Shown piece after piece: positions 24,320 through 38,445 of a stretch of DNA of 64,000 nucleotides (positions are counted from its first letter, which is position 1; every line of letters begins with the position of its first letter). The DNA lies in the NCBI GenBank assembly GCA_024679065.1, contig JAGIQG010000001.1, positions 99,696,001 to 99,760,000 of the forward strand, in the 5' to 3' direction. This DNA comes from Sphyrna mokarran. Lineage: Eukaryota. A model generated the notes under the pieces. It worked only from the letters and a program-made list of their open reading frames with translations, was not told the DNA's origin and made no database searches. Made by a program: the position numbers and the translations under genes.

Positions 24320-25300
24320 AATGCTCATATAGTTCCCACAATCTTGCTGAATCTCATGTATAAGAGATTACTCCTGGCAGATGTCTCCATGACCCTGGCA
24401 TCCACTAAAGGCTCATACACATTCATGTCCTCTTTCACAGGCTCATCAAATTCATCCTCAACTGAGGAGTGTTGCTGCTCTCTGTCGTCCTGATGCAAAG
24501 GTTTGCCACGTTGCATGGCCTCAATACACAACTGTCCATAAAGTCTTGTGTGGTGCGTCCTGAGGAGCCTGTCTGGAGCTGTCAAGGCAGCAAAAATGCA
24601 TTTTCATCATACTAATGGTCTGGTTAATGGTAAAGGTATGGGTTGTGGTGTATCACTCTTCCACTTAACTGTGGGGATATCTCCCGGTCTGGAGGGGATA
24701 CCATTTGTCACTTAGGATCTAGCCATCAATCTGGGCTCAAGAAACTCAGCAAGCAAGTTCTGTAGCATATATGAATCATGAGAACTTCCTGAGATACAAG
24801 CATAGGCATGTGTGATTCTTTATCTGGGATTACAGGGCAGTTAAACTTTAGAGAGTGGAATCCCTTGTGATTCATATATGTGTTATATGGCTATTTCCAT
24901 GGATCTCCAATGGCAAAATAAGTGCAGTCAATTATCCCTTTACTCTCTGAAGAAATGAGCAACTAGCAGCAAAGCCAGTTGCCCTGATTACCTGGCCAGC
25001 ATCATCTATGGTGAGCCTGGTGAACTCATTGGCACAATGGAAGAAGGCATTGGTCATTTTCCTGATGCACTTGTGTGTGGCAGCCTGCAAAATGCTATAC
25101 ATGTCACCAGTGGAGCAGCTGGTGATGTAAAAGCTGAGCTCTGCAGTCGCTTTGGGGATCACTAACACGGTTGCAAATCCATGAGACTGCAGATCTTCTC
25201 AGGATCCAAAAATCTTGGTGACCACCTCTCAACAGCTGAGATGTCACTGGCATTGCCTCTTGGACATCGGGGGGAGGGAGGCGGAATTTGTCTGAGTTTT
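24320..25300 (-). pseudogene. PIF/Harbinger transposase relic (DDE_Tnp_4/HARBI1-like)
   Basis: Minus strand gives, in the expected order, KGIIDCT (~24922-24942; cf. GAIDCTH), NHKGFHSL (~24850-24873; cf. NRKGFHSL) and SGSSHDSY (~24770-24795; cf. PGSxHDS); many frameshifts. Confidence 0.8.
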
Positions 25301-25494
25301 GAAGATGCACTGAAGTACCAATAACCTTCTCCATGACTTTCCTAAATAGCTGCCCATGACCACCTTCCTGTTGGTCAGTGAGAATCAGCCTTTGTTGCTT
25401 GCTTTCCTCCTTCTCCTGAAGTTGCAGGAATGCTCGTTGTATGCTATCCAAAGGTATTCCACCAAATGTAAAGTAGGCCTTTGGTGAGACTTTC

Positions 25495-25665
25495 TATACC
25501 CACTGCACCCCCTTGCAGTGTTTTGCAGGGGTTCTTCCAATCCCATTGCTGTCAATGGATTTTCCCAAAGTTTGTACTCTCCACCATCAGCAAACCCACA
25601 ATGGGGTTTAACTTTGGTGGGGCTGGAAAATCCCATCGCCGGGAACGGCTGGAAAATTTCAACCC
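25495..25665. mobile_element. Short MITE-like element
   Basis: Ends GGCTGGAAAATCCC...GGCTGGAAAATTTCAACCC, similar to termini at ~44945-44965 and ~55698-55715. Confidence 0.5.
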
Positions 25666-27104
25666 ATAAGGTTCATTCATACATTTGCTGAGAATTGAGA
25701 TTTTATACTTTCTTCATTGACTTCACTCAAAACTCTACTCACCCTGCACAAGCCTCCTGTCCTCCCCTCATTTGAATCTACAATCCTGATAACTACAGGT
25801 CAGATTTTGGCCAATAATATCATGCAAGCGATACTAAAATTATAACACGTGACCCTGCACCCTCTCCCTGTCACCTTTAACTTTGTCCCCGTCAACCTGT
25901 ATCCTCTAACTGCACACTTTCCCTCTGTAACCCTTGAACCTCCCTCACATTACCTTGGACCGTGTCATAGTGGAATTGGACATGTTGTCTCTTCCCCCAT
26001 GAACCTCTGTGAGATCCTCCCTTACTTCCTAAACCCTCCCTGCTTCATCCTTATTTAGTTCCTGTGAGCCACTCTACAAGATGCAGATATCCCTAGCACA
26101 GACTCTACGAAATCAAACTAGCTCCTGTGAGTGTGAACCTTTCGCCTTCCAGCCAGCACTTTTGAGTTTGTCCCACATGTAAACAGCACTGACTGCATCC
26201 TTTAGGCTCCCAATTTCATTTATTTTAGGGACTGCCTCCAATCCTTCTCAGCCACAACCATGATGCTAGATCCTTTTCACTCTGCTCTTCCACACTTAAC
26301 CCACTTCTTCCAGTCCTCCATTTCTGTCACTCCTGACTCACCCCTCCCTCTCTCAATCCAAGATGCCATTCTCCTACTCCTCTCTCTTGAGCTGCTGAGT
26401 CCAACAAAGAGTTCACTTTAGACACAACTGCACAAAGCCAACTGTTGCACACCACCTTTAAATGCAAGTCAAGTGGGTGCCATGAATTTCCTGTGTGCCA
26501 CTGACATTATCTTGGGAGGGCTTAATTTCAAATGTTTTCAGAGAATGAGATTAATGACAGTACAGCCTGAAGCCCAATGCCCACTGCACATAGCCAAATT
26601 ATGTCTTCATTCTGAACCCACTGCCATAATTCAGATCCCCAGTCATTAATTACCCGAATTTCCTGCTTCTAGAGTCTTCACCAAATTCTATCCAAGGATA
26701 CAGTTTTCCTTTAAAAGAAGAGCTAAGTTAAAAGAGAATTTTAGGAATCAAGTTCTTGATTTGTTCGAGGTCTGGGCGAAATTCCCACTAAAAACAGACC
26801 AGGGCAACGTGAGATTTGAAAATGATGGTCACCAGCACTGTGATGCAATATTTGGAAAAAGCCAGGCGTGCTTTTAGGAAAAAACCATTCCCATCAGTCA
26901 CTAACTGCAACTTTCCATGGTCAAGATCCCATTTCTGCCTGTCGGCCTGTCAGTGAAATGAGCTGTGAATCAGGCAGATCTCTGGGAGGTTTAACTTAAA
27001 TGAGGAGCTGCTGTTTCGATCAACAGAATCTCCAGATCACTGGCCTCACTTTATATACTGCCCACTACACGTGAACCATAGAGTCATAGAGGGTAAACTT
27101 ACCA

Positions 27105-28098
27105 TTGTGCCCCATCCTGGCTGATGGATGAGCCAGTAACATTGTAAGAGAGCTGAGAAATCAGGTTCGCTCCTGATTTCTCACCTCTTGCGATCTTACC
27201 AGCATCAAATATGTGGTGCAATCAACCTCCTGCCCTTTTCCAACTGCACAAAATAATCAAATTTATTCTATGCTGATTTGAATAAAGTTAATCCAATCAT
27301 CTGGGCTCACTTGCTATCTGGTCCAACTAGAGAAGGTTGTCTTTGGCAAGAAGCATAGCTGATGCCCAACAACAGGGACCAAATGTGAAAGTCTTGCCAG
27401 TAGAGCCAGAGAAAATTGAAGTCCCCACTCCCCCCACCACCCTGGAGTTTGAGGGTAAGGGGACCAGGGTGCCTGGCACCCTGGCACTGTCCACTGGGCA
27501 CCCTAGCATTGCCCATCAGGCGCTGGGAAGTGACAAGGGGACAGGACCTGAAAGGAGTGAGGCCTAATGGGCAGGCAGGGCCAGACCGCACAGGTTGAGC
27601 TGATAATGGGGACGGGGGGCTGTTGCACATTCTGTAGTTGTGATCAGTGGGGTTGGACATCGCTGCCAGTCTGCATAGGGAGGAGCTGATTGATTGGCTG
27701 AGGGAGGGTGGAGGTCAATTGGTATAGCCTGGGCATAGGTACAAGTATCAATTGATTGAGCCAGAGGATGGTTTGCAATCAGCCACAGGGCCCTGCACCA
27801 GCATGGAGGGGATGCAGGGTTTAGGCCGAGCATGGAGGCCAGCTGAAAGCAGCAAAGGCTGTTTGACAGGACAGTTGTTCTCAGAGCAAAGAACTGCACA
27901 TGTGCAATTGCGTCCTATGCTGCCATCAGATGGCTTTCTACTGATTTAAGCCCTGCCCACTCCTTCTTCAAGCAGAATCCGTCTTTAGGATTCGTTGCGT
28001 AAGATTCAAGATTTGAACTCGGCAGAAAAAATGGATCCGAAACTTTCCTGTTTTCACACTCATTCTGGACTTATAAAAAATTTCTAAGATCACCCCTA
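27105..28098 (+). mobile_element. GC-rich non-autonomous repeat, copy C (more diverged)
   Basis: TGGCACCCTGGCACTGTCCA and ACTGCACATGTGCA blocks; right end GTTTTCACAC...AAGATCACCCCTA matches copies A and B. Confidence 0.5.
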
Positions 28099-29644
28099 TA
28101 GTCATGCAGTGCAGAAAAGATCCTCTGCTGATCGAGTGGCACCAACAATATTTACCTCTAAAGGCACACTAATCTCATTTTCCATTTCCTAATTAATCAT
28201 TCCCACCTCTTCATAAAAAATGAGGCAGGAGAAATGAAGAAAACTGGAAGCAAATGGAAATAAAGTGGGGAAGTGGAATGATTTTCCTGAGCAACAATGG
28301 GTTTTGAGTGGCAGACATTATTGTTTTCTTTCAATCACAAGTCTGTGCTCCTAATTTGCCAGGCCACAGGAACATGTAGAGAATGAAACATTTCAACTTC
28401 TCTTTGTTTTGATTGGAAAATATTCAGGCACATCAAAACTAGCTGAGCCAGAGTTCAGTTCCATGAAAGAATATATATTTCTCAGAAAAGAATATGTCTG
28501 TCTGTTCAAAGTAATGTTAAATAACTTTATACCTAGTAACCGGATTAGTATAATCAATATAAGTAAATCCACGCTAAGATTCCATTACAAACAAAACATT
28601 AACTGAGGCGTATGGTTATTATAATAAAGACAGAGCTATCTATAAATTCAAAGCAAAACAGTTCCACAGATATGTCAATTTTAAATGAATACGTCTCTCA
28701 ACTGAGCATATGACAAAAGCACAGAATTTCAAGATACCAAATTGTTTTCTTTTCAAGTAATTATAAAGAATTACTAATCCACACATAAATCTCTGGTACA
28801 AAATCCTGATCCAAGCACATTTTTATCAGTACTGCACAGTTGGATATTCAGTATGCTGCCTTGTTTCACTTTAAGGCAACAATACATCTTAAAAAAACAT
28901 ATCGTAACACCTTGTGAAAGAAAATAAGCAGACTATTCTTTTATTGGCACAGACTTTGGGGTCCATGTAGATGTTCCCACTGCTTAATTTGCATGCTTTG
29001 GGAGGATTTTTTGTTTCACAGCAAGATGAGGGAGGTGGAAGGGACACTGAGTGATTACTCGCTCTCGCCCCCCTCCCCCAACCGTCTCAGCTCATCCAAT
29101 CAAGCACTGAATAGCCAGTTAATGGCCATCTAGTGGGAAAATTCCAACAAGAGATGTGCAAAGGGAGTGGGCTCCACACCCAATCAGGACTGTAACAGGA
29201 ATGTCAAGTGGCAAAGGGATACCTCTGCAAGCAGGAAGTTGGCTATGAATTTCAAATCTCTTGCTCTTTGAAACTCTCTTTACTTTTTATTGAAAGCTCA
29301 AAAAAACTATTAAAAAAATTAGTTTAAAAAATATGCAGATGCTGAAAACTTCCCCGAGGGATCTGCTGCGCATTTAACCATGGTCATGTTGTCTGGCTTT
29401 TTCTTCCACCCTTGCGCTGTCTTGTTCTAGTTGATGTGAAACACTCTCAAACATTCTTACTGCTGATGCCCATAAAATGCAATGGGCTAATTGGGTCATT
29501 AACAAACTCGATAATTTGTAACAGAAAGAGAAAATAGTGGAAAATCTCAGCAAGTCTGGCAACATCTATGGAGAGAGAGAAAGCCAATGTTTCGAGTCTG
29601 GATTTGAAATATTGGCCGGAAATTTTGCATCCCGCTCACCATGG

Positions 29645-29995
29645 GAGCAAGTGAGGGACGGAACACAAAGACCAACATACCATTTGCCTTCTTTACTACA
29701 TGCTGCACTTACATGCTCACCTTCAGCGACTGGCATACGAGGACACTCAGTTCTCGCTGCACATTCCCCTCTCCTAATTATGGCCATTCAGATAATAATC
29801 TGCCTTCCTGTTTTTGCTACAAAAGTAGATAACTTTGCATTTATCCACATGAAACTGCAAGTGCCATTGATTTGCCCACTCACTCAACTTGCCCAAATCA
29901 TACTGAAGTATCTCTACGTCTTCTTCGGAGCCCACCTTCCCACCCAGCTTTATGTTATCTGCAAATTTAGTTCCCTCATCTAAATCATTAATATA
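29645..29995 (-). mobile_element. CR1 RT fragment with internal deletions
   Basis: KFADNIKLGGKV and MQFHVDKCKVI.FCSKNRKA on the minus strand. Confidence 0.8.
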
Positions 29996-31136
29996 TCTAT
30001 GGTGAATTGATTTAATAAATCCATTCTTGCACTCTTGGGGATCTTCAACTTTATATTAAAGATGTACTTATTGCACAAATGAAGAGATAATTACTAAATC
30101 AAAGTTTTATAACTAATCTACTTGGACAGAAATTTTAAATATCCAAAAACAGAATATCTGATTCTGCAATGGGTGAAACTGGGCCTGACCTCCCCTAATG
30201 TTAAAAATTAGTATCAATAATTTGAACACACTACATGGAATATTACAACTGGAACCAGCACTGTGACTGGCTGGAGAGTAGAAAATCCCATGAAGAAGCC
30301 CAAAGAAATATCTCATTGCTAAGGAGAATGTGGACAAACTCCCAGCTCTTGATTTGATGAGGGGTGTGAACTGTTTGCCCATCCACCGCCTCCTTCCATC
30401 CCTCATCCTACCCACTGGGAGGAAAGTCAGCCAACAACTGATGCCCCCAAATGAAACCCACCCCACACAAATAACACACTGACAGTGGGATTTCCGCACC
30501 TGAGTGGAGCATTGCAGAAGTTGGGCCAGCAGGAACTTGCAAGGTTTGTATAGTTTTCCTTCATAGATATAGTTTAGCTATAACATTCACGACATGGTAC
30601 AAGCTGATAATTATTGTACACACTCAGCCAGGTGCAGCTGGTTAACACTGTATGTATAAACAGATACAGCAGACTGTGGGCTCCCAGACATAACTCTACA
30701 TAGCTGGCATTACATATTTTAGAAAGAGAATGAGCATTTACGTAGCTGTCGGTGTGCAGCTGCTATAGAAAGCAAATTTGGCTGTCTGGATTCTGACTAA
30801 GAAAGTGTCAAATTATTTTCAATTGTGTTGCAAAACTGAATGTGCACATTGTTCTGATATATGCTCCTAATGATGGCAAATACTTGCTTCTATCTTCTCA
30901 ATCACACAGGAACTGTTCGCCCTTGATACCCCAGGGAAGTAGCTATTCCCTGGAGAAAATGAGTGCTCACTAAGGAGAGCATTATTAACATGAAGAAACT
31001 ATTATGCTTTCAATTCTATTATCTGAATTAAAATGTGAATAAAGCTGATGTAATGATGGGTGCTTGCGTTTGCCAGCATTTTAACTGAAAACAACTTTGT
31101 GTGCACTAAACCAGATCCTTATACCCAACCTCAAGT

Positions 31137-31380
31137 TTTGATTTGATTTATTATTGTCAGATGTATTGGTATACAGTTTCTTGTGTGTTATACAGACAAA
31201 GCTTACCACTCATAAGGTACACAGGGGAGAAGGAAGGGTGCAGAATGTAGTGTTATAGTCACAGTTATGGTATTGAGAAAGATCAACTGAAAATAAGATA
31301 GGTCCATTCAAAAATCTGAAAGCAGCAGGGAAGAAGCTGTTCTTGAGTCGGTTAGCACATGATCTCAGACTTTTGTACTT
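31137..31380 (-). mobile_element. Rex/Babar LINE 3' end
   Basis: TTTGATTTGATTTATTATTGTCA tail and body colinear with 1519-1780. Confidence 0.85.
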
Positions 31381-31429
31381 TTTAACGGATATTATTATTT
31401 CTGAATCAGTTCAGATAAGGTTCTAAGAG

Positions 31430-31600
31430 ATTTCTGGGATCAAGGGATTATCTCATGAGTAAAGGTTTTACAGCTGGGGCATGTATTGATTAGAGTTTAG
31501 AAGGATGAGAAATGATCTTATTGAAACTTAGAAGATACTGAGGGGATTTGACAGCCTGAATCTTGAGAGTGTATGTCCCCTTACAGGAGAGACTAGAACT
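31430..31600 (+). mobile_element. Old CR1 C-terminal fragment
   Basis: LEFRRMRNDLIET.KILRGFD. Confidence 0.7.
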
Positions 31601-33879
31601 GTCTGCTCGTGTGTTTCCAATTCCTGCCTTGGATGTTTAGTGCTGATGACTGAATTTGACAACTAACCTCTCCTTGACTGTGTCCATTGATTTGAAGAGT
31701 TGGCTGAGAAAAAATTATCCAATCACCGGTGATGGAACTTACCAAACAAAAAGAATGAACCACACTCCAGCTTTCTTTCCCCTCAGGGGACTCCTTATGC
31801 AAATAAGTTCCTAAGGCTAGAATTCTTCAGGCATACATATCCTATCACTGCTACTGGCCAGAATGGAGAATTTAGTGCTCAACTAAATCTCTGTTCACTG
31901 CCAGAGAATCTCAGCTGCGGGCAAGATCGGGGAGGCTCAAACCCCAAATGACCCAGAGGCCTCTTGGTATTCCTATCCATTCTTATCTTCTCATCAACGT
32001 CTATCAGTATTGATAAACCTTCCAATTCTTGTCTAAACCACCATCTGTGAATCAAGCCAGCAGACAATCAACTCAGTTTCCCATTTGACATCCACATACC
32101 TATTGCAAGCCTTGCTGAATAGCAATGAGCAACAATAGTATTAATTGATGGTTTCCTTTCTGAGTCTGTGGGCAATTGTACCAGCTTGGACAAAGTTAAC
32201 AATGTTTAAACCATCAAGAATCACATTACCAGGGGAGGTTTGATTTATATGACTTAGCACTGGACCAGGTCCCTTTTTCCTAAGGTCAAAGTTTTAATGA
32301 AATAAGCGATTATTGCATAATCATCAAATATATTGTTGTACTACAAAATTATTTCAAATGACCCCTGTTTCATTCCTCACACCAAAATATGTTACTCCTA
32401 CTAACTTCCTCATGATCAACCTGATTATTTCCTTCTAAAAGCAACTGCAATACATTTTTAGCTCAGTATTGTATTCTTCAACCAACAGAGTCCAATAGCA
32501 GGTTGATATCAATTTCATAAACTTGACCTGCAATTGGCAAGAATATCAATAGATATTGCAGCAGTAATTATTCAAATTGAAACAAAGTTTTTTAAACCTT
32601 CAGTTCTGAGGTAGATCATATCAAAATAATATTCTGTCATATACATAGAGAGAGAGAGATTTCAAGTATGCTGCTGATTCAGCTTGCTGAGGGCATTGAG
32701 ATTTTACATCAGATTTTTTTGTTTCATTATTTTGAAAGTATGATCAAGATTGTCTTTTTAAACATTGTTAGGAGAATGATAGTGGATTTCACAACTGCTA
32801 TTATATTGGATACCTTGGAATTCTGCCTGTATTTACCTTTAGATGTCCTTCATTCTATGTGACAGAACCACTTCAACTGACAATTGTTTGTCTGTACTGG
32901 AGTCAATTCATCTTGCAAAATTACACCGAGAGCAATTTCGTTCCCCAGCTGTCTGAATTGTGAGCAGCAGTGTTTGGACAATGAATGCATTTGAACACTG
33001 CTAATTCAGAGTCAAGAGCTGCGAATTACAATAGAATACTGACAGCAAAGCATTTGCTATACATTTCATCCAGAATTCCTTTGTTCAGTGGAAATTGCGC
33101 TGCAAATTTAAGATTCTCCATTACAAATATTTTCTATGTGAGCCAACATGATGGTATTTTCTACATCATTCTTAAACACCACTCTTCTGAAACATTACCT
33201 AATTGTCAGACAAATTGTTCAGGTGTACTTTCAGATTTACATTATAGAATGTAAAATGGGTCTTGAGCGTCAGTTATTCTTTTAAAATAGGTTATCAAAC
33301 AAGTGTCCCTGCTAAGTTGTGTAACTGCACAGCAGTCTGGAAAGTAGCATACAAGGCTTATTTTGTAATAAATAATACATGTGTGCAGGAGTACAAAAAT
33401 ACTGCACACTAAATAAAAGGGTGCACACAACAAATAGATTTTAAAGGGAACATTGGCTATGAACATAACATTGTTATTTACTCCCACTCAGAGGTGTTAA
33501 TAGTTTTTTCCTCTTTCCTAATAAGTGGTTGATTCCTGACAGTTCAGATAAACGTAGGCATTGACCATTCAACCACTTGAACCTATTTCACTATTCCCCT
33601 AACGTAATGAGTTTTGTCAATGTGATTATGTGTGTGGCACTTGTGCACAAATAACTAACTACCAGAAAATTCAGTATATGCAACCATGTAGTCCTGTTCC
33701 CTATCTCAACCAGGGAAATTTATGAAACAAATAAGGAGAATAATTATTTTGCACACGTATTTACAGCAGAGGAAATGGTCAACACGTTGGACATGCTAAG
33801 GAAATCAGGGACACGGATGCAACAAAATTGACGAAAGAAACGTATAAGTAGAGAAGAAAATAATTAGGGGGTAATTTTT

Positions 33880-34085
33880 TTACTCAGAGGATGCTGAGTG
33901 TTTGGAATTGGCTGCTGCCAGTGGTGTTAGATGCAAACTCGCTGCGGTCTTTTAAGAGACTGCCGGATGAGTACATGGGATTTAATAGGATTGAAAGTTG
34001 TAGATAGGCCTGATAGGTATGGATATGATTGGCGCAACTTGTGGGCCAAAGGGCCTGTTTATGCTGTAGTGTTTTATGTTCTATG
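33880..34085 (+). mobile_element. CR1 3' end
   Basis: FFTQRMLSVWNWLL; GGCGCAACTTGTGGGCCAAAGGGCCTGT...TGTTCTATG tail. Confidence 0.85.
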
Positions 34086-34129
34086 TAGTAATTATACTGA
34101 AGAATGACAAATCCTGAGGATAGGATCGT

Positions 34130-35560
34130 TTTCATTCCAAATACTTGGAACATTATAATTTGGATAAGGATATTGCAAATTCCCTAACAATAATCTTTCA
34201 AAGTTCCCTCAATTTGGGAACTGTTCTTTTAGATAGGAAAATTGTAAATGTGACTCTGGCATTTAAGAAAAAGTGAGAGAAGGAAACCAAGGAAATATAG
34301 ACGGCTCATCTAATATCCATTGTTGGGAAATTATCGAATGCATAATTCAAAGTACAATGACTGAAAACTTTGAAGTTTTTCATAGCTGAGCAAAGCACTG
34401 CAATGGATTTGTAAAGAGTGGTTCATGCTTGAAAAACCTGATTCAATTTTTGAAGAGGCAACTAAAGGAGTTCATAGGGGAATGTTTATAGATTTCCAGA
34501 TGGCATTTGACATAGTGCCTCATAAAAGACTGTTAGCTGAAGTTGAAGCTTATAGATTTTCAGGCAGAAAGAAATTGGTTGATTGGCAGAAGACAAGAAG
34601 GATGATATGTTCTTTATTGAAAGGATGTGACTAGTGATATCCCACGAGGATTTGTGTTGGAACCTTGTTGACTCATTAGTTAAGACAATAGAATTGAAAT
34701 CACATATCCAATCTGTCCAATGACACAAAGATAAGTAGGATTATAAACTGTGATGGTGAAAGCATAACAGTACTGAGAGATAGTAATGGTGAATGAACAA
34801 AAATGTTAAAATAGCTATCAACGTCGTCAAATTTACTCTGAAACTGAAGAAGGTCCAACTGGATACTTTCTAAATAGTGAAAGTCTCTAAACAATGGAGG
34901 TTTAAAGAGACTTGGGTGTGGGTAGGGGGGGTCCCGTTATATAGGATATTTAAATGTCAAGAACAGGTACAGAAAATAAAACAAATGGAAGGCTAATGAA
35001 ATGCTGGTCTTTATATCCAGATGACTAGAATATAAGGGAGTCATAATTCAGCTATACAAAGCACTGTCTAAACACACCTGGAATATTGTGAGCAGTTTTG
35101 GATACCCTTTAGAAAGGACATTTTGGCATTGGAGAGAGTACACTGAAGATTTACCAAATGGTACCTAACTCCAAAGCATAATTTACAAGGGTAGGGAACA
35201 ACTTGGTTTGTATTCCCTTGAATTTTAAAGGTCAAGGGATGATTTGAAAAAAGTTTTCAAGACAACAGAGAGAGCAGATAAAGCAGATTGGGACAGACTA
35301 TGTCAGACTAGGGGATCTTGAATTAGGAGCATTGTCTAAAAATGATAGCCAGAACCCTCAATTGTGAAATTAGGAAGGACTTCTAACACATAGGTTGACA
35401 GAAGTTTGAAACTCTCTTCCACAGATGGCAATAAACATTAGTTAATTTTAAATCTGAGATCAACAGACTTCTGTTATGCAAAGTATTAAGGGACCTGGGA
35501 AAAAGCGGGTATATAAAGTTAAGCCACATATCAGCCATGATCTAATTGAGTTTGAGGGAC
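34130..35560 (+). mobile_element. Old, heavily mutated CR1 ORF2
   Basis: MFIDFQMAFDIVPHKRLL; QLYKAL...HLEYCEQF; 3' end CAGCCATGATCTAATTGA. Confidence 0.8.
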
Positions 35561-37049
35561 TAAATAAAGCCAAGTTCACTTGTGAGTTAGTGAAAGTTTT
35601 AAGGCTACACTATTCACTTAAACAAAAAACTAACCCCAATCTTCAGATAAAGCACATAGTGGGTCGACAGTACCAAGCCATTTTCTGTCCTGGCCTCAAC
35701 ATGAATGGTATTGCTTAAAGCCAGTTTGTTGTTCTGGACACAGACACAAATCACAAGACTACAACATTGTTATGTTCTTCTATTTGACATAAATATGCCA
35801 ATCATGCAATAGTAATATGGTTCTTTATTTAAACTTAAGACCATATGCAGATAATGTTCACTGAGAGATATGAGGCATATGTAGGTTCTAGTTGCTGCTG
35901 CTGTAGACCACATTCAGAGCAATGGAACTATTGGATCACATGCTGTGTTAATTAAAATACTTAAATATGACTAAGTATAATTCTTAACAGTTGCTATCTC
36001 TATTGTTCCAATTTAAAGCAATACTCCATAGACATACACTTCTTCAGAAGTAGTTAGCACAAAAATAAGTATGCTCACATAGTGCTGGATTTTCAGCCTT
36101 TTACCTGAGATCCAGACAGCAGTTTTCAGAGAAAGATATATCCTGAAAACAGCAAAATCTCAGAGATTTAAACCCAGCCTTTGGCAGCTCCCAGTCTCCA
36201 GATGTCAGAAACAGAAAGGGATGTCTCTCTCTCTCTGCTTTCAAAACAGCAATTCACAGAGAAAGATTCACTCTCATACAGCAGAATCTCCAGGAAACAG
36301 ATAAGATTTAGCAATGTGTACAACAATTTAAATAAGGAATGCTCATTGTATATTCCAGTCTCCGAATTCAGCGAGAACACAACTCTCTCAACTGGAAAGC
36401 AGCATTTAAGCTTGAATATTCCTGGCTGTACCCAGTCATATGACCATACATGTCAATCATCCCAATCAAGTACCACTCTTCAAATATTCTAGGGGAAGAC
36501 CAAGAACAACAGAAAAGCATTAGTTCAGTTTAAATTAAAATTTCTACCAACTAGAAGCAATTATGTTGCAACAGTACTCATACAGCTGGTTGTAGACAGA
36601 ATGATTCTGATAAAATGGAAGGGAATGCTAGAAACATCCTATACACAAAAAAAATGACAGTATTGTCACACTACAATGCATTCCTCCACTTTTCCAGTTG
36701 GAGATTTGACAAGGAAATTCTTTGTCACAGAAGCAGTCATGTGGAATTTTTTTTAATAAATCCATAAATTATCAAATTGCCGATAATATTTATGACCTGG
36801 ATAAACCCATGTACTTTGTATACTTGGAGTGTGTGAAGTTGCAAAGCCTCTTTTTATTTCTTAAAAGAGCTGCTAATCATTGTTTGTTCCATGCTCCTTA
36901 TCTTTGTCCAATTAGTAAGAAGGGGACAGGACAAGTTGGACGATCTTCTCTCAGATCTGTTATTAGGACTGACTATTAACAGACTCAGGCACCTGACATT
37001 CGAGGGGGTTATTCATGCCTCTTCTCCATAGCTATGTTTGCTCCCAGAT

Positions 37050-37358
37050 AAAGTTTAACGTTAACTTATCAGTGTCACATATCAGCTTACATTAACATTG
37101 CTTTGCAGTTACTGTGAAATTCCTCTAGTCGCCTCACTCCGGCACCTGTTCAGATGCATTAAAGGAGAACTTATTATGGCTAATGCAGCTAACCAGCTAA
37201 CCGACGGACTGTGTGAGAAAACTGAAACATCTGGAGGAAACTGACGCAGACATGGGGAAAATGTGCAGACTGCAGAGTCAGTGACCCAAGCCGGGAATCA
37301 AACCCAAGTACCTGAGCTGTGAGGCAGCAAAACTAACCACTGTGCCACTGTGTTATCC
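37050..37358 (-). mobile_element. V-SINE (alternative tail)
   Basis: Colinear with 12600-12890 (GTTACTGTGAAAT..CTAGTCGCC; CTAACCACTGTGCCAC). Confidence 0.85.
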
Positions 37359-38019
37359 CTGGATACTCTGCAAGTATCCCTAGAGAGGGAGCATGTAATG
37401 TCCATCAATGTGCTTGAGGTCTTCGACAAACAGTGAATACAAGGAGAACAGGGGTGATGTGCATCACTGCTTTGATAAGTTTAATATAAATGAGATTTAA
37501 TTTCAAGCTTCTTGACTGTGCCCCTTTAAGCAGGGGACCATTGTTAACTCTTTAACAGTGATGACATTTGTTATTAATATAAATATAAATTTACATAGAA
37601 GAATTAACTGCTTGAATTCTATATAAAAGGACTGGAAAAATATTTTACAGCTGCATTTTGAAATTTGTTCTTACAAATATCTGCACATAGACTGTGCAAC
37701 TAAATTCAGGAATAGGAGAAACTTTAAACAGTACAAAACTTTGCTGTACCTGCTATAGCAAAATGATCATCAAATAATCTTCTAAACTTTTACTTCAAGA
37801 AGCAACAGCCAGGCAAGCTGGAATCTCATTCCAGCAACCTTTAACCACAAGTGATATTTTTTGAATTGTCATATTCACGTCTCCAAACCATTTTATAAGA
37901 TATACAGATCATTGGACACTTAGCAACACTACAGCATCAGTAGTAAGTTGTCTGTGTGTTCCTTATTTAAATTGTTGTACACATCGCTCGATCTTATCTG
38001 CAATTAATTGTTTAACTTT

Positions 38020-38445
38020 AGAAGGAAACTGCAAAGTATTGTGCATGAAGCCCTGTCCATCATGCAAATCAGTCTCCCATCCATTAACTGTGTATACATT
38101 TCTGTTGCCTTGGAAAAGCAGCCAGCATAATCAAGGATCCCATGCACCCCAGGTGTACTCTCTTTCAACTTCTTCCATTGGGAAAAAGATACAAATGTCT
38201 GAGGTCATGTGTCAACCGACTCAAGAACAACTTCTTCCCTGCTGCCATCAGACTCCTGAATGGGCTTATTTTGCATTAAGTTGATCTTTCTCTAACCCTA
38301 GCCATGATTGCACTATATTCCACACCCTCTCCTTTCCTTCTTCCTAAAGTAATCTATGAATGGTATGTTTTGACTGTGTAGTGCGCAAGAAATAATACTT
38401 CTCCCTGTATTCTAATATATGTGACAATAATAAATCAAATCAAAT
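38020..38445 (+). mobile_element. Rex/Babar LINE 3' end
   Basis: Reverse-complement match to 1519-1900; ends GTGACAATAATAAATCAAATCAAA. Confidence 0.85.

Noticed and set aside
24320-25300. Domesticated HARBI1 host gene
   Set aside because: Multiple frameshifts and stops; a TE relic.
35940-36540. Solo-LTR-like segment (similar impressions at ~18440-19930 and ~22200-22780)
   Set aside because: No TG...CA ends with TSD or second copy could be established.
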